This document shows positions 16,229-24,351 of a stretch of 28,951 nt of DNA, one piece after another. How positions within the stretch are numbered: the stretch's first letter is position 1; each line of letters begins with the position of its first letter. Under the pieces are notes generated by a model that did not search any database, had not been told where the DNA came from, and saw only the letters and a program-made list of their open reading frames with translations. The stretch comes from a virus. A program made the position numbers and the translations under genes. The stretch lies in the IMG/VR virus record IMGVR_UViG_3300005300_000028. One strand, written 5' to 3'.

Positions 16229-16959
16229 GCTATCGTTGCAGTTATGTAAGCTACGTCTCCGTATTCAAACCTTGCGTAAATGTAAACTGCGTTTTCACAT
16301 GCACCAATCACGAACGGCGGTTTAATCAGTGACAGTATTTTGTCGAGATAGTTCCCGTTGACCCTTACTTTTAGTTCATCGCTTGCATTACTGATGTATT
16401 CAGCTAACCCGAGTTCAGGTATTCCAAAGTTCTTCTTGAAGCTTGTGATTTCGTCTTCGATACCGATGCTGAATTTGTTGTTGCTGAAGCTAAGTACCAC
16501 ATCGCTATCGAACTTTGGCAGTTCTGCGAGGACTGTTACTTTGTGCGTTGGCTTTAGTTCATTGACTGTTGGAACTAAGACGTCCTCAAATTCGAACCCA
16601 ACTGGGATATTGACGTCCACATATGGCAGAATATCGGTGAATGTTGTCACGTTATCAAGGTCTGTTACGTAAATCTTTTCTCCATCTGTTCTAACTGAAA
16701 GCTCTGACCCAAAGCTCTGAAGTTTTCCGAGCAAGTTAATTGGTGAGTAAATGAATGACCCCGGTTCAACCACATTGTTGATACCGGCTCTGACACACGA
16801 AACAATTGTGAATCCCGGGTCGACGCCTTCCATTATCAGTTTGTTGTTGTCCACTGTCACTCTAAGTGTGTCTATTATTCCCTTCCCCTTAGTTTTCGTT
16901 ATACACCCAAACTTAAACAAACTCGCCAACAAATCCCTCTCAATCAAGAACTCCACCAT
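16225..16959 (-). CDS. PCNA-like sliding clamp (divergent)
   Basis: 244 aa, beta-rich two-domain pattern; LIMEGVDPG resembles PCNA l...amDp; NGNYLDKIL resembles y.ldyL..i; lies in the RFC/PolB/primase operon. Confidence 0.6.
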   Translation of the reverse strand: MVEFLIERDLLASLFKFGCITKTKGKGIIDTLRVTVDNNKLIMEGVDPGFTIVSCVRAGINNVVEPGSFIYSPINLLGKLQSFGSELSVRTDGEKIYVTDLDNVTTFTDILPYVDVNIPVGFEFEDVLVPTVNELKPTHKVTVLAELPKFDSDVVLSFSNNKFSIGIEDEITSFKKNFGIPELGLAEYISNASDELKVRVNGNYLDKILSLIKPPFVIGACENAVYIYARFEYGDVAYITATIA

Positions 16960-17892
16960 TTAATCACCTCCGCTTGCTTTTACTAACTCGTCATAACAAT
17001 ACTTCTCAGTTATATCAACCCTAATCCCGTTTTTGAACGGTAGAATCGGTGATTTGTTGCTCTCAACGATTGCAAAGATTTTCATTGTCCCTTCTTTGTC
17101 GAATTTCCGCTCAATCTTGATAACCGTGTCTGTTTCCTGAAGAACAATGTCTATCCACTTTGGAATTTCCTCACGGTCTACTACTTCGCCGTCAACGATT
17201 TTAATGTCATACTCACCGGGATAAAGTGTATAGATGACTCCTTTCTTTGCTATACTGGTTGCAAGGTTGTGAATTTGCCTCAGATACATTTTGCGTTCTT
17301 TCCAGAGGTTCCTGTTGGCTATTCCCTGAAATGGCATTAAACCATTCCTTGCTCTCATTACCATCTCACAGATTTCATGGAGAACATCCGTGCAGTCAAT
17401 GACAACCCAGTCTGGTTGCATGTTCCTGATAACCTTGTCAAGTAGGACGTTCACGTATCTGAAGCTTATTTCAGCACTTTTCACTTTTGCTTCAGGACTA
17501 CTTTCGTCATAGTATTTCTTACCGTCCCAGACGTGAATGTCTCTGTCTCTGTATCGCTGGAGTTTAACGGGAGTTGTTTTTCTGTCAAAGCTAACCACAC
17601 AAATCCGCCCGGGAAAACTCAGAGCCGCATCTGTTTTCCCGTGTCCCTTGTGACCGTAAATGGTCACTACCGTGCTTCGTGGTTCTTGTTCTTCGCTGAA
17701 ATCAAATTCTTCTTCATCGAGTTTTACCTTGATTGGTTCTGGCTTTGGTTCTGGCTTAGGTTCTGGTTTCTGTTCTGGTTTAGATTCAGGCTTGGGCTCC
17801 GGTTTCGATTCTGGTTTCGATTCTGGTTTAGGTTCTGGTTTTGGTTTAGTCTCTAACCCAAACTCCTTAAAAATATCATCAAGTTCACTCAT
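16960..17892 (-). CDS. Sak4/AAA_24-like RecA-fold ATPase with an N-terminal Pro-Glu-Lys linker
   Basis: TIYGHKGHGKT Walker A and VVIDC Walker B; adjacent to a putative SSB. Confidence 0.6.
   Translation of the reverse strand: MSELDDIFKEFGLETKPKPEPKPESKPESKPEPKPESKPEQKPEPKPEPKPEPIKVKLDEEEFDFSEEQEPRSTVVTIYGHKGHGKTDAALSFPGRICVVSFDRKTTPVKLQRYRDRDIHVWDGKKYYDESSPEAKVKSAEISFRYVNVLLDKVIRNMQPDWVVIDCTDVLHEICEMVMRARNGLMPFQGIANRNLWKERKMYLRQIHNLATSIAKKGVIYTLYPGEYDIKIVDGEVVDREEIPKWIDIVLQETDTVIKIERKFDKEGTMKIFAIVESNKSPILPFKNGIRVDITEKYCYDELVKASGGD
17735..17848 (-). repeat. 12-bp-period coding tandem repeat encoding (KPEP/KPES)n
   Basis: About 9 imperfect units of GGTTCTGG(C/T)TT(A/T/C). Confidence 0.85.
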
Positions 17893-18724
17893 CTGGTTTC
17901 ACCTCCTCAATTTCTCTTGCGAACTCGGGCAGAATCAAATACGCATTCATGAACGGCAGTCCGTTTTTGTCAACTCTAACATCACCGTAGAACAAGCACT
18001 CACTGTCCACATCCCATCTTGCCATCACTGGATTACACCAAACTGTCAGACCGGGTGACACCACTGTCCCATCAGGTAAGACAACCTCTTCGTATTCTAC
18101 TGACTCATCCCACACCGTGTAGACTGCAATCCTTCCGTCTCTGCTTGTTGTTCTTCTGGTTATTATTGCTTTTACACATCGCCAATCAGTTGAATCAATG
18201 AACCCTGTGCTTGTTACTGTGCTTTTCCTGCTTGCAATCTCTGATATGCTGACTTTTGGCACTTTCTCAAGCAACTTTGTCGGTTCAATCTCAAGCGGTT
18301 TCCTGTTATCCCATTTTGTTCTGGGGTCTGTTTGCAGAACATTTGATGTTTCCTCAAGCTTCACTGAATACAGCATGAACAGGTCAACAAATTCCCAGAT
18401 TTTGGCATATCTGTCACGACACAGAATTCTCTGAATTCCACTTCTACCTTTTACAAAAGTAAATAGAACGCTTGAGTCTCCGTTCTTGTTCAACGGACTG
18501 AAGCCTATTGGGATTATTTCGAATGTCTTGAGCGGTGGTCTTGTCGCCACTCTGCTTGTCAATATCTTCAGTGACTGCTCAAATCTGATTTCCTCAGGTA
18601 GACTTTGAATCCATGAATCTGTGTAGATTTCCATGAAGTATTCAGTTAAGTCTTCAACTGTGTAGCCTTTTCTCTGAGCAAGTTCCGTTATTTTCGACTT
18701 TACAAAATCTGGTAACTCCATCAA
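17885..18724 (-). CDS. Putative OB-fold single-stranded DNA-binding protein
   Basis: Helical N-terminus followed by two beta-rich segments with aromatic residues (VYTVWD, LTVWC, CLFYGDV); position next to the Sak4-like gene. Inferred. Confidence 0.45.
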   Translation of the reverse strand: MMELPDFVKSKITELAQRKGYTVEDLTEYFMEIYTDSWIQSLPEEIRFEQSLKILTSRVATRPPLKTFEIIPIGFSPLNKNGDSSVLFTFVKGRSGIQRILCRDRYAKIWEFVDLFMLYSVKLEETSNVLQTDPRTKWDNRKPLEIEPTKLLEKVPKVSISEIASRKSTVTSTGFIDSTDWRCVKAIITRRTTSRDGRIAVYTVWDESVEYEEVVLPDGTVVSPGLTVWCNPVMARWDVDSECLFYGDVRVDKNGLPFMNAYLILPEFAREIEEVKPDE

Positions 18725-18921
18725 ACCACCTCAAGAACAATCTTCTGGTTCTCTGTTATGTAAACTTTGAAAGTTACTTCTTTCGTGGTTTTTCCTTCTC
18801 TGACCTTGTCTTTCATTGTCTCAAAGAATTCGTGAGGCAAACTGATAAGCCATCTCCCACCCCAGTATTTCGCTGTTCTCTCTCCAAAACTAATCACCAC
18901 CTTCTCGTTTATCTCGTTCAT
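18721..18921 (-). CDS. Small AbrB/MazE-like (swapped-hairpin) protein
   Basis: YWGGRWLISLPHEFFE resembles the AbrB g...i.lP.e pattern. Confidence 0.45.
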   Translation of the reverse strand: MNEINEKVVISFGERTAKYWGGRWLISLPHEFFETMKDKVREGKTTKEVTFKVYITENQKIVLEVV

Positions 18922-18933
18922 TTCACCACCTCC

Positions 18934-19083
18934 TCAACCACTCGTTAAAGTTCTGTAGAGTGCCTCATTTTCTTCCTCAAGTTCCTTCACACATTCCTTC
19001 AGTTTCTTCACTACTTCCTCAAGTTCCTCTATCTTTTTCCTCAACATGTCGTTTTCTTCCTTCAACCTTGCCAAATTCTCCAT
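18934..19083 (-). CDS. Small coiled-coil protein, 49 aa (MENLARLKEENDMLRKKIEELEEVVKKLKECVKELEEENEALYRTLTSG), missed by the ORF track
   Basis: GAGGTGAG RBS, heptad pattern, fills the gap. Confidence 0.65.
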   Translation of the reverse strand: MENLARLKEENDMLRKKIEELEEVVKKLKECVKELEEENEALYRTLTSG

Positions 19084-19096
19084 TTCTCTCACCTCT

Positions 19097-19585
19097 TCAT
19101 TCTATTACTTTAAGCGTCGTACCTAACACAAATTGTTCAGCCAAATCGAGTTCACCAAAAGAAATCGCAAGCTGTCTAAGCAGTTCAATCTGCTTTTTGA
19201 TAGTTCTGCGTTCACTGATTTTAGTGGTTTCATTGTATTTTCGCTTTAAGTCGTTGAACTGAAGCTTAAGTTGAAACCTAACTTTGCTTTTCAGTGTTTC
19301 ATCACTGCTCGGTGCGTATTCAAGAATATAGATGTCGTTTCTGACGTTCAGTTCGTTAAAAAGTTTAGTATAATGTTCAACGAGTCTCTTTGCCCTGTCA
19401 TATTGCTTTGCCGGAAGAACGTAGACCGAATAGTTTATCCTTGTGCCCATGCTTTTGAGTTCATTGACGAAATTGTTAATTAGTCTGTTCCATTTTGTAA
19501 CCAGTGCTCTTTCGCTTTGGCTGACCAGTTCAAGTGGTGGCGGTCTCTGGATGTCGTACACTATACTAAAATACTTCCCCATCAT
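19097..19585 (-). CDS. Hypothetical protein with a Cas2/PaaX/ChrB-N-like ferredoxin-fold N-terminus and a helical C-terminus
   Basis: IVYDI...GTRINYSVYVLP motifs; likely start 19585. Confidence 0.5.
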   Translation of the reverse strand: MMGKYFSIVYDIQRPPPLELVSQSERALVTKWNRLINNFVNELKSMGTRINYSVYVLPAKQYDRAKRLVEHYTKLFNELNVRNDIYILEYAPSSDETLKSKVRFQLKLQFNDLKRKYNETTKISERRTIKKQIELLRQLAISFGELDLAEQFVLGTTLKVIE

Positions 19586-19605
19586 CTTCTCACCTCCTCC
19601 AAATT

Positions 19606-19995
19606 TCACAACGATTCGGTTACCATCTCGACCTTCAAGATTTGTTTAAACTCTTTAAACCTCAAGTGGCGAGTCATACCAACTGCTTCAAGTATTACAT
19701 CGCTGTCAGGATTGTATTCTGAGCAAAATTCGCCTTTGCAGTTCTGATGAATCGCTTCCATCTCTGCCCAGATCCACACGATGTCTCTGTACTGTGCTAA
19801 TGCTGCAATCATCGATAGCGGCAGCACCACAACAGCATACTGAGCACCAGCCGACTTAATGTCGTAATACACTTCTCTGACGTCTCTGAATGTTTTACTG
19901 ATTTGTATTACTTCTACGTCGTCACCAAGCTTCTTTTTCAATTCGTTGAGTTGAGCCGGTAACGGTTTATGTCTACTAACCCATGCAACTTTCAT
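19606..19995 (-). CDS. Small alpha/beta (Rossmann-like) protein with an N-terminal SRH motif
   Basis: MKVAWVSRHKPLPAQLNEL...AVVVLPLS; family not securely identified. Confidence 0.6.
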   Translation of the reverse strand: MKVAWVSRHKPLPAQLNELKKKLGDDVEVIQISKTFRDVREVYYDIKSAGAQYAVVVLPLSMIAALAQYRDIVWIWAEMEAIHQNCKGEFCSEYNPDSDVILEAVGMTRHLRFKEFKQILKVEMVTESL

Positions 19996-20174
19996 AACAA
20001 CACCACCACCTTGAAACGAATACCACGATTATCTAGTTCCTCAACTAAAGCGTCATGAAAATGAAATATCACACACCTCCGGTCACCGTCAAAATATCCC
20101 TCGTATTCTCTAACCAAATCGATAATTTCTGACAGAGGACACGCTGAATAACGAACTATAACAAAAGCTTTCAT
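19992..20174 (-). CDS. Small hypothetical protein
   Basis: ATGA overlap and GGTGA RBS. Confidence 0.55.
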   Translation of the reverse strand: MKAFVIVRYSACPLSEIIDLVREYEGYFDGDRRCVIFHFHDALVEELDNRGIRFKVVVLL

Positions 20175-20180
20175 CTTTTC

Positions 20181-22130
20181 TCACCTCACTATTTTGTTAA
20201 TCACGAGATTAAACAACCGTTTCGGCAATTGTTCTATATCCACCACTTCTTCCCACGTCCATTCAGGACCGAACACTCGTCTCATGATTGTCTCTGAAAC
20301 TTCTACATCAATGAACAGCGTGTACACATTAATCCCTGACCTTCTTGCTCTTTCTATTGCTTCTCTTGTCCACTCAAAGAGTATATCGCTCGGATAGCGT
20401 CCGTTTTCAGGTGCCCCATCTGTTATCAGTACAATCATTTTTCTCTGTGCCGTTGATTTGTTAAGCAAGTTTACTGCATAATGAACTGCCGCCCATGTTG
20501 GTGTATAGTTATCTGGAAAAACACTGCAAATCTCCTCTACAGTTTTTAGTTCTCTCAAGTACACTGGATTACCTCCTTTCTCGCAACTGAACGCTATGAC
20601 TCTCATGCTCACGTTTTTGACTTTCTGTAACGCTAAGAACAGCGTTGCACACGCAGACGATGCTATACTGATTTTATCTCCTTCCATTGAACTGCTTGCA
20701 TCAAGAAGAATTACGATATCAAATCCTGTATCTATTTCTTCATTTTCGAATGGGAGTCCGTTTTTGGTTACTTTGTGTTTTATAGTTTCATCGATATCGA
20801 AGTCTAACCCAGTGATGTCGTTGTCAACTCTCATTTTGTTCTTAATTTTGTTAAGTACTTTCGCAATTCTGTCAGCTAAGACAGTATCTGGTTTCGAGTG
20901 TGGCCGAGAGTAGAATTGAATATCGCTACTTGTTCTTACAAATATGTTCTTTTTCTCAAAGTTATTAGGATTTATACTTTTGATTTTCTTCAGTTTCTTC
21001 TCAATTTCTTTCAACATCTTTAGCCCTTCAAGTTCGGCTTCTCCCAAAATCTCTTTGACGGGTTTCTCGAATATACTTTCGTCAATGTCGTTATGATTTG
21101 TAATACTTTCATATTCAGTTTTAGGTAATGATTTGACGCTATCAGGTAAAATAGATTCGAGTTCTTTAGAATCGATATACTCTGACAGCTTTTTTTCTGT
21201 TACTTCTTCTTGGTTCTCTTCCCCTGTCTCTTCTTTTTCTTGATTCTCCTTTTCTGTCTCTTCTTCTTCTTGGTTCTTTTCTCCTGTTCCTTGGTTATTC
21301 TCTCCTCTTTCTTCTTTCTCTCCTGTCTCTTCTTGTTCATCCCTTTGACGTTTTCCATGTTCATTTCCTCTTTCGCTCCCTTGTTCATTTTTAGTGTCTT
21401 CTTCTTGTCCTCCCTCACGCTCTCTTATTTCTTTCGTCACTGTTACTCTTATTTCACTTACTTCTTCTACTTCATCTTGCGTGTCTGATTCACTTCCAAC
21501 TACGACATATACATTACGTTTAAAGTACTTCTCAAGGAGTTTCAATGTCTCCACAGTTGCTACAATACTTGCCTTCCATGACTTCCCCTCGACAGTTTTT
21601 AGTATTTTCAAGAACTCTCTGCAAACCTCCTTGAGCTCTGGGTCACTGATTTCGTTCAAAACATCTGGGTCGCAACGGACAGCATTTAGAATGTCAACTA
21701 TGTGGTCACTGATTATCAGGTCTTTTGCAACAGCCTTTAGTTGCTCTTCTCTGACAACCTTAGAACCACGGTAGAACTTGTTCCACATCCAGTCTACTCG
21801 GTAGTCCTCGATGATATTTAAGAGGTATCTGATGATAATAGATAAGTATGTGTAAGATTCCACGTTTATCTCTTTTCTAATTATGTCTACTGCCTTATCC
21901 ATGTCAGGAGTTTTAAAAACCACATGAGAAATCTCGTGTTCGAACCTCCTATAGTAAAATTTCCAAGGTTCATTACTGTACCTTGGCATTAGAATCTCTG
22001 CACTCTTCTCTTTAATTTCTACTGCAGGTCTATCTACGTCGGTAAACTTTAGCGATACGTATTTTCCACTCAAATGCTCAAAAATTTTCTTTGTCTTGTG
22101 TAAAACTGACCTCTCTATTGACTTCATCAC
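20181..22130 (-). CDS. vWA-domain protein (CobT/NorD-like MoxR partner) with an N-terminal HExxH domain and an acidic linker
   Basis: FEHEISH...NIIEDYRVD, E-rich repeats (EETGEENQE), and MIDAS motifs DASSSM, TPT and ITDG. Confidence 0.85.
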   Translation of the reverse strand: MMKSIERSVLHKTKKIFEHLSGKYVSLKFTDVDRPAVEIKEKSAEILMPRYSNEPWKFYYRRFEHEISHVVFKTPDMDKAVDIIRKEINVESYTYLSIIIRYLLNIIEDYRVDWMWNKFYRGSKVVREEQLKAVAKDLIISDHIVDILNAVRCDPDVLNEISDPELKEVCREFLKILKTVEGKSWKASIVATVETLKLLEKYFKRNVYVVVGSESDTQDEVEEVSEIRVTVTKEIREREGGQEEDTKNEQGSERGNEHGKRQRDEQEETGEKEERGENNQGTGEKNQEEEETEKENQEKEETGEENQEEVTEKKLSEYIDSKELESILPDSVKSLPKTEYESITNHNDIDESIFEKPVKEILGEAELEGLKMLKEIEKKLKKIKSINPNNFEKKNIFVRTSSDIQFYSRPHSKPDTVLADRIAKVLNKIKNKMRVDNDITGLDFDIDETIKHKVTKNGLPFENEEIDTGFDIVILLDASSSMEGDKISIASSACATLFLALQKVKNVSMRVIAFSCEKGGNPVYLRELKTVEEICSVFPDNYTPTWAAVHYAVNLLNKSTAQRKMIVLITDGAPENGRYPSDILFEWTREAIERARRSGINVYTLFIDVEVSETIMRRVFGPEWTWEEVVDIEQLPKRLFNLVINKIVR

Positions 22131-23281
22131 TTCACCTCTACACCGAATATCGAGTAAATTCTTTGAGCAACTGTCTTCTTCTCGTTCTTATCTTCGTAGC
22201 GGTTGACAACCGTGTTCCTCAATGCCATTTTCAGTGCATTCATGTCATCAAGAACGCTTCTGTAGCTGTTGTAGACCTGAGCGAATATTGCTAAGTCTCT
22301 TGTACTCAAAGCATAACTGAGGTCACCTGCGGCATATCCATTTCTGGTTTCAATTGCCAGTGTGATTAACAACTTTCTCAGGTCTTGGTCGAGGTCACTG
22401 ATTTTCTCCAGAATTCTTGACTCCTCATCTTCTAACGGATAATCAATGTAAACTTCTGCAAATCTTGACCTCAAGTCCTCATTGAGTTCATGAACACCAC
22501 CGTAGTACGATGGGTTCATTGTACCGACTATCAAGAGTTTACAACCGTTTTCGAGTCTGTAAATCTTGCCAATCTCTGGTATGTAGACGTGTCTTCGCCA
22601 GTCCAATAGCTGATTGAGCACTTTCTGCATTTGTGGTGTCAGAGCATTAAGTTCCTCGAAAACGAGAATCGCTTTTCCGTACTGGTTCGCCACTGTGATT
22701 GCCACTGGCATTACTCCGAGCTCATATACAACCTCATCACCGACTAACAAGAACCTGCCTACCAAGTCCTGCCTCTTGGTGTTCTCTGAGCAATCGAATT
22801 GAATAATTGGTATGTTGTGCTTTGCGGCAAATGCGGCAATACTCAAGGTTTTTCCGACTCCTTTTGGACCGACAAGCAAGAGTGGAATTCCGCTCTCCAT
22901 GTGAGCTTTGAAAAGCTGTTCTTCGTAGTCTCGTGGTACGTATTCGGGAACACTCTTTGGTAGATAGTCTTCAGCTTTCACTGGTAGAATCTTGATTCCG
23001 TTACTGGCTTTTTCCTCTGGTCTTACGAAGTTGTTAATTGTTTTCTGAGGTATAGTTGCCTGAACCGGAAGTGCCATGTCTCTGTAAATTGTTACTGTTT
23101 TATTGGTTAGGCTCACTTCAACTTTGTACCCCATTTCCTTGAGTTTTTTCCCGACAGTTAGGAGGACGGTGTTGTCGTTTTCTTCCCTGTAGTTGTAGCC
23201 TCTAAATTGCTTGAGCAACTCACGACACTCACTCAACCCTAAAACAGTAACTTTTTCATCTACTAAGTTTTTCCATTCCAT
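22127..23281 (-). CDS. MoxR/CbbQ/NirQ-family AAA+ ATPase
   Basis: GPKGVGKT, DLVG, Walker B variant FEELN, and TMNPSYYGGVHELNEDLRSRF. Confidence 0.88.
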   Translation of the reverse strand: MEWKNLVDEKVTVLGLSECRELLKQFRGYNYREENDNTVLLTVGKKLKEMGYKVEVSLTNKTVTIYRDMALPVQATIPQKTINNFVRPEEKASNGIKILPVKAEDYLPKSVPEYVPRDYEEQLFKAHMESGIPLLLVGPKGVGKTLSIAAFAAKHNIPIIQFDCSENTKRQDLVGRFLLVGDEVVYELGVMPVAITVANQYGKAILVFEELNALTPQMQKVLNQLLDWRRHVYIPEIGKIYRLENGCKLLIVGTMNPSYYGGVHELNEDLRSRFAEVYIDYPLEDEESRILEKISDLDQDLRKLLITLAIETRNGYAAGDLSYALSTRDLAIFAQVYNSYRSVLDDMNALKMALRNTVVNRYEDKNEKKTVAQRIYSIFGVEVK

Positions 23282-23285
23282 TTTA

Positions 23286-23633
23286 TCACCTCCGCAAAAT
23301 TTTTTCTTTATTCTTTATCCTACTAATTGTGAACCATACCGCATTTGCAAATTCTTCAAAGTCCTTGAGGTTTACTGAAACTATACCGTCTTTTACTTGA
23401 AACACTATAACGTTGTTTTCCTCTGCCACATCCCTGAAAAACTCGATAATCTCCTTCGAAGAAGTGTTTTCAAGCTTTTTCCTGAAGTTTTTGACGTTTA
23501 AGGTACAAAAGTCAGACGGATATGCTTCAGAAAACACAGTTTTGTCATAAAGGTCAACATATACTATTACGCTACCGTTCTCTGTCCTGCAAATGAACCT
23601 CACCATTTCAATTTCCATTCTCGTCACCTCCAC
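23286..23633 (-). CDS. Hypothetical protein
   Basis: Co-oriented ORF with an RBS; no motif recognised. Confidence 0.6.
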   Translation of the reverse strand: MEVTRMEIEMVRFICRTENGSVIVYVDLYDKTVFSEAYPSDFCTLNVKNFRKKLENTSSKEIIEFFRDVAEENNVIVFQVKDGIVSVNLKDFEEFANAVWFTISRIKNKEKILRR

Positions 23634-23639
23634 AAAAAA
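23634..23639 (-). terminator. Oligo-T tract immediately after the AcrIII-1 fusion stop codon
   Basis: T6 on the minus strand; similar tracts at 26545-26550, 27696-27702 and 28277-28293 follow other stop codons. Confidence 0.35.
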
Positions 23640-24350
23640 TTAAATTTGCACTAAGAAGAATTTAAATTGCAACTGTTTCAGCTCTTCTTCTGACAACACT
23701 GTTCCTTCTGGAAGTCTCTGTAATAGCTGAAATACTATCAGCCTGTCGCCTTTCTTGAGCTTTATCTCTTTCCTCTCTGCTTTGACCTCAGTTCCGAGCA
23801 GTTGCGAAAGTATTTTCGCTGTTGACTCGTGTCCAATAGCACTCTCTACTTCTTCATTAGCGATGATTTGCTTCACCGTATCAACATCAACTACTTTGAT
23901 GCTTATTGTTGCTTCTTCTGTTTCGAGCATGTTCAAGCTGAACGCATTAGCAATGTATGTTTTGCTTGTTTTCTTGTTCTTCTCACGTTCAAAGATTTCA
24001 GCTATCTCTTTGATTGCTCTGATTCTATCTGATTTCGTGTCAAAACTTCCAACGTAGAGCTGTTCAATTTTCTCAGCTGTAACCCTAACCAAAGCGATTC
24101 CTGTCGATGGGTGCTTCGTTGAGCCACTCGCAAATGTTGCAACAACGAACGCCCCAACATGGACTTTGTCATCAATCCATGCTGGGTCTCCTGTCACCCG
24201 AAGAAATCTTCCTTCGAATGCAAACCCATTCTCCTTGCTTACATCGACACGTTCGAGCTCTTTTGCCCAAACTGTTCTTTTGGCCTTGCGTGGTCTCCCT
24301 AAATCAAGGTCTCCTTTCTCAAGTATTACTACATTTCCATCCACCAACAT
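23640..24350 (-). CDS. acrIII-1: Fusion protein: unknown ~129-aa N-terminal domain plus C-terminal DUF1874/AcrIII-1 ring nuclease (about 23640-23963)
   Basis: YIANAFSLNML, SAIGHESTA (catalytic His), ERKEIKL..GD and QRLPEG.VL match STIV B116/SIRV1 gp29. No internal ATG at the domain boundary; likely start 24350. Confidence 0.88.
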   Translation of the reverse strand: MLVDGNVVILEKGDLDLGRPRKAKRTVWAKELERVDVSKENGFAFEGRFLRVTGDPAWIDDKVHVGAFVVATFASGSTKHPSTGIALVRVTAEKIEQLYVGSFDTKSDRIRAIKEIAEIFEREKNKKTSKTYIANAFSLNMLETEEATISIKVVDVDTVKQIIANEEVESAIGHESTAKILSQLLGTEVKAERKEIKLKKGDRLIVFQLLQRLPEGTVLSEEELKQLQFKFFLVQI

Positions 24351-24351
24351 C

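Noticed and set aside
9974-19585. Cas4-like and Cas2-like genes as a CRISPR adaptation module
   Set aside because: They are 8.4 kb apart, with no Cas1, no repeat-spacer array and no leader. Solo Cas4-like nucleases are common in archaeal viral replication modules.
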